From IMG/VR virus record IMGVR_UViG_3300003319_000181: DNA of 20,000 bases; one strand, 5' to 3'. The DNA is from an uncultured virus (IMG/VR IMGVR_UViG_3300003319_000181). Its lineage: Duplodnaviria > Heunggongvirae > Uroviricota > Caudoviricetes. Shown piece by piece: positions 15,240 through 20,000 of this stretch (within the stretch, counting starts at the first letter, position 1; each line of letters starts with the position of its first letter). The translations under genes were made by a program, and so were the position numbers. The notes beneath the pieces were generated by a model, which was not told where the DNA came from, searched no databases, and was given only the letters and a program-made list of their open reading frames with translations.

Positions 15240-15278
15240 TTGCAGCGCACCACATCTTGTACGTACAATGTGCGTACA
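15240..15278 (+). promoter_or_regulatory. Putative promoter overlapped by tandem TGTRCGTACA operators
   Basis: TTGCAG 15240-15245, 18-bp spacer, TACAAT 15264-15269; operators 15258-15268 and 15269-15278. Confidence 0.55.
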
Positions 15279-15327
15279 GCGCATATACACAACAAGTGTG
15301 CTGACAATCCGACACGGTCGTTGCCCG

Positions 15328-15546
15328 CTACAGCGCCGCGTCGAGCGCGAGCGTAATCAGGTCGAGCAAGAGGGTGGTAGTCGGAGACGTGTCCTCTTCG
15401 TCATTTGTCGCGACAGGCTCACTGATGGGTGCGGAGGATGGTGGACAATTCTCCCCGGTGCACGGTGCGGGCTGCGGAATTTCCCCCGCGACTACTGAGA
15501 GAGAAAGGGAAAGTGCTAAGAGACAGATGGCGACGAATCTTCTCAT
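15328..15546 (-). CDS. Small secreted propeptide (72 aa; signal peptide, then GEIPQP..., hydrophobic C-terminal helix)
   Basis: MRRFVAICLLALSLSLSVVA/GEIPQPAPCTGENCPP...LLLDLITLALDAAL; GAGG RBS before ATG 15546. Confidence 0.8.
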   Translation of the reverse strand: MRRFVAICLLALSLSLSVVAGEIPQPAPCTGENCPPSSAPISEPVATNDEEDTSPTTTLLLDLITLALDAAL

Positions 15547-15595
15547 GTGCTTTACCTCAAGGGGTTTAGAGATCGACGCACGGCAGTATATCAAG

Positions 15596-15615
15596 TTTGG
15601 GAGAACTCTCCCAAA
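15596..15615. promoter_or_regulatory. Perfect inverted repeat between the peptide and TPR genes
   Basis: TTTGGGAGA-ac-TCTCCCAAA. Confidence 0.6.
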
Positions 15616-15631
15616 ATAAAAAGGAATACAC

Positions 15632-16519
15632 ATGGCCCACATTCTCACCGCACCGAATATTGAAGTTGAGACTTTGCGACAGGTGGCACTAGACTTGTGG
15701 CGGGAGAGTCGCCACGAAGAGGCGCGGCTGCTACTTGAGGACTTCTTAAGACGCGCCGACGAAATATCCACAGAGAGAATCGTCGCGCTCTCAAACACTT
15801 TAGCGGTCGTGCAATGGTCGGAGCACGACTACGAAAAAGCCCTTCGGCTTTTACTGGCTGCCGAGCCTCTTCTTGATTCTGTCAGCATCGGATTGCAAGG
15901 GAGGGTTTATAATAACCGCGCCTTACTACAACGGGCGCGCGGCCAGTACGTGCCCGCACTTGAAGACTATCACTCCGCGCTCCGATGCCATCGAGCGGCG
16001 GGGGCTGTTCGTGAGGCTCAAGAGGTTCTGAACAATATAGCGACTTTGTTTATTTTCGCGGGTGAGCCATCGGAGGCGCATCACTACTTAGACATCTTGC
16101 TTTCAGAGTGTAACGATTTACTGATTGTGGCGCAGGCCGAAGATACGCGCGCCCTCGCGTTACTGGCAGAGGCGCGTTATCAGGAAGCCTACGAAGCCGC
16201 CCTGCGTTCTCTTGTATTGCTCAGACAGTTTCCTGATGAGGAGCAGCCCTTTAAAAACTCCATCCGCACTATGCATGAGATAAGTGCCCGGTTTACTTCT
16301 CGACCAACGGCTGAGCAAGTGCGAGACGCACTGGACTCCACGGGTAGGTCAATTAGTCGCGCCGCGCAACTCCTCAACAGAGCCGGTTTTCGCATGGATC
16401 ACTCTTCGCTCGCGCATCTGATTAGGAAGAAGTTTCCCGAACTGGCGAAAAAGCGCAAAGACCCGTTACAGCCTCGCGGCTTCGCTAAACGCAAAACCTC
16501 AAACCGCACCAAGCTTTAA
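15632..16519 (+). CDS. TPR-repeat protein with C-terminal Fis-type HTH (candidate peptide-responsive regulator)
   Basis: TPR-like units (SNTLAVVQW, YNNRALLQRARGQYVPAL, LNNIATLF, AEDTRALALLAEARYQEA); VRDALDSTGRSISRAAQLL...HSSLAHLI; AAGGA RBS. Confidence 0.85.
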   Translation: MAHILTAPNIEVETLRQVALDLWRESRHEEARLLLEDFLRRADEISTERIVALSNTLAVVQWSEHDYEKALRLLLAAEPLLDSVSIGLQGRVYNNRALLQRARGQYVPALEDYHSALRCHRAAGAVREAQEVLNNIATLFIFAGEPSEAHHYLDILLSECNDLLIVAQAEDTRALALLAEARYQEAYEAALRSLVLLRQFPDEEQPFKNSIRTMHEISARFTSRPTAEQVRDALDSTGRSISRAAQLLNRAGFRMDHSSLAHLIRKKFPELAKKRKDPLQPRGFAKRKTSNRTKL

Positions 16520-16548
16520 CCCGCCTGACTTAATCTAAAAAATAGTTC

Positions 16549-16582
16549 TTGACGTGCGCCTTATTTGTGCGTACAATGTGCG
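16549..16582 (+). promoter_or_regulatory. Near-consensus sigma70 promoter of the rightward operon with operator over the -10
   Basis: TTGACG 16549-16554, 17-bp spacer, TACAAT 16572-16577; TGTGCGTACAATGTGCG 16566-16582. Confidence 0.8.
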
Positions 16583-16641
16583 CATGTTGACAACACGTTA
16601 ACGCTCTTAGCAAGACGGAGACTTCCTCCCGTCACATCACA

Positions 16642-17038
16642 CGCCCCCGAGGGCACGAAAGGAAACGAGGATGGGTGAGACGCAGCAAAGGCCGATAGCG
16701 CCAAACGCGGATAGTGTGGCACGCGAGACTGCCGCCGTCATCGTGGCCTATCTACGTGACAGCAAGTTCATCTCCGGTAGTTCGGTTATGTACGACGGCC
16801 TGTGTGCTGCTATCGCAAGTTTCATTTGGAGCAGGGCTAACCTCGCGGAGTCCAATCTTCGTGGTGCCTTAGAGTTTTACGCCGATCCGCATGAGGGGAT
16901 TTGGGAGCCGTGCGAGGACAACGGCGAACACGGCTTGTTCCGCTTCTACATCACGGGCACTTCCCATCCGCGCGAAATCGCTCGTCGCGCCCTCGCCACA
17001 GCCGAAGGCAACGACTAGCGCGCCCCCGAGGGCACGAA
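16642..17038 (+). repeat. 18-bp direct repeat preceding two consecutive ribosome binding sites
   Basis: CGCCCCCGAGGGCACGAA at 16642-16659 and 17021-17038. Confidence 0.8.
16671..17018 (+). CDS. Hypothetical phage protein
   Basis: RBS; LRGALEFYADP...EIARRAL motif common in small phage ORFs. Confidence 0.7.
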   Translation: MGETQQRPIAPNADSVARETAAVIVAYLRDSKFISGSSVMYDGLCAAIASFIWSRANLAESNLRGALEFYADPHEGIWEPCEDNGEHGLFRFYITGTSHPREIARRALATAEGND

Positions 17039-17049
17039 GGAGAGAGGCC

Positions 17050-17190
17050 GTGAAGGATGTAACCGACGACATGACCGAAGCCGAGCGCAAAGAGTTCAAC
17101 CGCCGCATGGCTGAATGGTTCGGCGGCGTGACGCGCTGCTCTGACGATGATTGCGACTGCGGCGGCGAGTGGAACCGTTGGGAGGTCTAA
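17050..17190 (+). CDS. Small hypothetical protein
   Basis: GTG 17050 with AGGAG/GAGG RBS. Confidence 0.55.
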   Translation: MKDVTDDMTEAERKEFNRRMAEWFGGVTRCSDDDCDCGGEWNRWEV

Positions 17191-17194
17191 GACG

Positions 17195-17377
17195 ATGGCC
17201 GTTTACATGACCGACACCTACGCCCCGCAGACCGCCCCGCCCTCGGAGCGTGCGCTGTGCGGGAGCAAGTTCGGCAGCTACGCCGTGGCCGAGCCGGGCG
17301 CGAGACTGCCCCATCTGCTCCCCGTCGAACACATTTGCGAGACATGCGCGGCGGCGCATCTGGCGGGGAATGCGTGA
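17195..17377 (+). CDS. Small Cys-containing hypothetical protein
   Basis: ATG 17195 with GGAGG; stop overlaps the NinG-like start (TGATG). Confidence 0.55.
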   Translation: MAVYMTDTYAPQTAPPSERALCGSKFGSYAVAEPGARLPHLLPVEHICETCAAAHLAGNA

Positions 17378-17818
17378 TGGTCTGGAACCGACTTTCAAGA
17401 GGAGCAAGCTTCAAACCGCGCAAGCCAATCGCGCGGAAGCATCACCCGCTCTCTACGCGCAAGGGTTTGATAGCCGCACTCGATGAAGTCACGTCCTTAA
17501 TCGTTCGCAAGAGAGACGAGGTTTGCATCACCTGCGGAGAGGCCAGACCCGAACTGCTCACGGCTTCACACTTCTACTCTCGGCGCTGGCTTAACGTTCG
17601 TTTCGATCTCCGCAACGTGGCCTGTCAGTGCTGGAACTGCAACGCAATTATTCACGCCGCTAACCCGTGGCCTTATACGCAATGGTTTCTCAACTTATTC
17701 AACTGACGTGATGGCTGAGTTATTTGAACTGCGGAACCGGAAGCAGACGCCCTCAACCGACGAACTTAAATACATGTTGGGGCAATACCGTTGCATCCTG
17801 CGGGAGATGAGCAAGTGA
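17377..17818 (+). pseudogene. ninG: NinG/Rap-like recombination endonuclease, apparently frameshifted near 17694
   Basis: IVRKRDEVCITCG...ASHFYSR...RFDLRNVACQCWNCN; frame stops at 17706 but a NinG-like tail (YSTDVMAELFELRNRKQTPSTDELKYMLGQYR) continues in another frame to 17818. Confidence 0.75.
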
Positions 17819-18573
17819 AGGCGGCAGACTACAAAACAATCATCCTTCCGGGCGAGGATGAGGTGCTGGTTGACGCTGCGGATTATTTCTGGGTGCGCAC
17901 GCTAACCCTGCGGGTCGCGGTAAAGAACGGCATATCTTACGTTGTTGTCTTTCAAGTTCAAGTTGGCGGCCGGAAGAAGATGGCCACGCTCGCCCAACTC
18001 TTGCTTAACGCCGACGGTCAACGAGTCGGCTATTGCAACGGTAATAGGCTGGATAATCGCAAGAGCAACCTTTACTTACAGTCGCGCGCGTTTGTGTGCC
18101 TTGAATGTAAAAAGCCCTTCAGGCGTATTTCTTCTTACGTCTCTAATGGGGTGTATTGCAGTCGGAGTTGTTACCTTGTCGCCTCAAAGGCTCACCCAAG
18201 TTCATTCCGAGCTTGTGAGTTCTGCGGAAAGCCGACGAGACGCGCTTACTCGGCTCACGCCAAAAAAGGCTTGAAGCACCTCTATTGCTCTATGTGGTGC
18301 TTTCAGGCGGTCAGGGGCGGGGTTTCGGCCGGGGCAAATGCAATCTACACGCCCGAGATGCTCCGGCACTTTATGGCGTGGGACGAGGAGTGTTGCGCAT
18401 TTCCAGATTGTACGCAGCCGAAAAACGGCAAGAATAAGGTCTGGAAGAATTTATGCACCCTGCACAATGCACGAGTGTATCAAGCTCTCTACAAAAGAAA
18501 TCAGTCAAGAGAGCGCATCCTTGAACGAAAGTCAGGAGGCACGCCGAATGTCAGCGCCCAAGCGAACATTTGA
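17815..18573 (+). CDS. Degenerate HNH domain fused to multiple Zn fingers
   Basis: VLVDAADY...VGYCNGNRLDNRKSNL then CLEC..YCSRSC, CEFC..YCSMWC, CAFPDC..LCTLH; GTG 17815. Confidence 0.75.
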   Translation: MKAADYKTIILPGEDEVLVDAADYFWVRTLTLRVAVKNGISYVVVFQVQVGGRKKMATLAQLLLNADGQRVGYCNGNRLDNRKSNLYLQSRAFVCLECKKPFRRISSYVSNGVYCSRSCYLVASKAHPSSFRACEFCGKPTRRAYSAHAKKGLKHLYCSMWCFQAVRGGVSAGANAIYTPEMLRHFMAWDEECCAFPDCTQPKNGKNKVWKNLCTLHNARVYQALYKRNQSRERILERKSGGTPNVSAQANI

Positions 18574-19297
18574 GAAGATAAAACTCCAACTCCGCACCAC
18601 CCCGATAGAGAAGGAGATAGCGCGGCAGAAGTTCCCGAAGGACTTAGCCGAACGTCTCCGTATCTTCGAGGGACGCAACGAAACCATCATGTCTGAGATG
18701 TACGACATGGTGCTTGACTTCATCGACCTGAGTACGCGGTTTGAGTTCTGGAAAGAGGACGGCAGCGGGACGCTTGTCGAATGGCTGGCAAAGCGCAACA
18801 TGCCTTGCGGCGCGACACTCGCGGACAGGGAAGTCCTCGTCCGCCTGTTCGACAAAAACACGTTTGTTAAGGCGGGGCACAACGCGCTCGGTGAGATGAC
18901 TTTCCTTGTGACGAAGTATCAGCCCGACTCAGACCTCCGGCGGCGCGACTACGAGGCCATCTTCGACGCCTACATGAAGTCGAACGATGCCTTTGACAAG
19001 AAGGAGTTCCGTCGCATCCTCAATTGGTACATCAACACTACATACATTGAGCCGAGCGCGCGGCCGAAAGGCGACAACACGGCGCGGCCTCCTAAGTCTG
19101 AGCCGAAAGGCGCGAGCAGTAAGCGCGAGGTGCGCCCGATCAATGAGGACGAGCCGAACGGGGAGAAGGACTACCACATTGAGCCTGTGTTGTGCGGTGG
19201 CTGCCGCGTGCGCGATGAGTACATAGCCGCGCTTGAGGCTGTCATCACTTCTGAATTGGGAGCGAAGCGACTGCCTAAGCGCCCGCAAGGAATATGA
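18548..19297 (+). CDS. Hypothetical protein (249 aa)
   Basis: ATG 18548 with AGGAGG RBS; long protein-like ORF. Confidence 0.75.
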   Translation: MSAPKRTFEKIKLQLRTTPIEKEIARQKFPKDLAERLRIFEGRNETIMSEMYDMVLDFIDLSTRFEFWKEDGSGTLVEWLAKRNMPCGATLADREVLVRLFDKNTFVKAGHNALGEMTFLVTKYQPDSDLRRRDYEAIFDAYMKSNDAFDKKEFRRILNWYINTTYIEPSARPKGDNTARPPKSEPKGASSKREVRPINEDEPNGEKDYHIEPVLCGGCRVRDEYIAALEAVITSELGAKRLPKRPQGI

Positions 19298-19359
19298 CGC
19301 GGCGCTACTGATTAGCGCACACACCTGAACCCGACTAACCCGCTCCCAAAGGAGAGACG

Positions 19360-19824
19360 GTGAAACGAGTCTGGCAACCTCTTGATTTAGCCCCCGGCTT
19401 TCGACTCTACGAGGTCGTGCTGGACTGGTGTCTGAAAGACGGTAGGCACGGCTGTGAGCGGTACGTCGTCGCGGCCGATTCCCCCAACCAAACACCCCAC
19501 AGCGCCGCAAACCAGATACGCCAGATTTACGGTGAGAACTACGACGCCAACCCTGAGATGTCCTATTGGGACGTGAAGGGCTATCCACTGAACGTCCTAC
19601 AACCAGAGGGCTGGTTCAGAGACGAAGCACCGGACTTCTTTTCCGGCCTGACAATCCCCGAATCCGAGGAGATTGCGAAGGTCGCACAGGAAGAGGTTGA
19701 TTATGCGTTCGGCCTCGCGCCGAAGGCTTTGGACTTGAAGCCGCCGAAGATAACGGCGGGCGTTGTGTGGGCGGTCGTGCGTGCATACCTTGATGCCGTG
19801 CGCGACCTGTCAAAGCGAGTCTAA
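19360..19824 (+). CDS. Hypothetical protein
   Basis: AAGGAG RBS; 154-aa ORF. Confidence 0.7.
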   Translation: MKRVWQPLDLAPGFRLYEVVLDWCLKDGRHGCERYVVAADSPNQTPHSAANQIRQIYGENYDANPEMSYWDVKGYPLNVLQPEGWFRDEAPDFFSGLTIPESEEIAKVAQEEVDYAFGLAPKALDLKPPKITAGVVWAVVRAYLDAVRDLSKRV

Positions 19825-19856
19825 GGCGGGAAACAGTCCACAACCGAAAGGCTCTT

Positions 19857-20000
19857 ATGACTAAGAAGAAGGTTGTCGAAATCAAATCGTGGTTGACAGG
19901 CAGTGTCATAGCCACGGGCGAAGAAGGTGAGACGCTACAGGATTTAGTCACTCGCAAGGTGGCCGAGGGCGCTGTCCTGAGGGGCGCTGTCCTGAGGAGC
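19857..20000 (+). CDS. Pentapeptide repeat protein, 5' partial
   Basis: MTKKKVVEIKSWLTGSVI...AEGAVLRGAVLRS; A(V)LRG repeats begin at the window edge. Confidence 0.7.
   Translation, partial: MTKKKVVEIKSWLTGSVIATGEEGETLQDLVTRKVAEGAVLRGAVLRS

Larger units (their letters stand above)
1..20000. mobile_element. Temperate phage/prophage early, regulatory and replication region (no boundaries in window)
   Basis: Dense short ORFs with ATGA/GTGA overlaps, divergent repressor pair, replication initiator, HNH, NinG-like gene, two orphan methyltransferases, anti-CRISPR-like gene; no housekeeping genes. Confidence 0.9.

Noticed and set aside
15547..15798. N-terminal extension of the 156-aa ORF 15328..15798
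   Set aside because: Overlaps the TPR gene antisense; the signal peptide and RBS point to ATG 15546
18532..19957. Minus-strand ORFs 18532..18882, 18929..19588 and 19616..19957
   Set aside because: Antisense to a coherent plus-strand operon with RBSs

Overview
Early, regulatory and replication region of a temperate phage or prophage (GC-rich; an Acidobacteriota-like host is a weak inference). No structural, lysis, integrase, rRNA or tRNA genes were seen. A divergent pair of ribbon-helix-helix regulators at about 14.6-15.2 kb, with shared TGTRCGTACA operators, heads a long leftward operon. That operon encodes a CII-like HTH protein, a stand-alone Cas7/RAMP-like protein plus a partner gene, a DUF1874/AcrIII-1-like ring nuclease, an ABA-sandwich protein, an amino-methyltransferase, a putative ssDNA-annealing protein, an HNH nuclease, a replication initiator with internal iterons, a C5 methyltransferase and many small Zn-finger ORFs. 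A rightward operon encodes a frameshifted NinG, a degenerate HNH-Zn finger protein and the start of a pentapeptide repeat protein. Two things stand out. (1) The RAMP-like gene and its partner are followed immediately by a 268-nt array of GGY-NN pentamers punctuated by GGCA tetramers, a candidate non-CRISPR RNA-guided system. (2) A TPR plus C-terminal HTH regulator is divergently paired with a small secreted propeptide right beside the genetic switch, a candidate peptide communication system. Family assignments come from motif recognition by eye, not from database searches.
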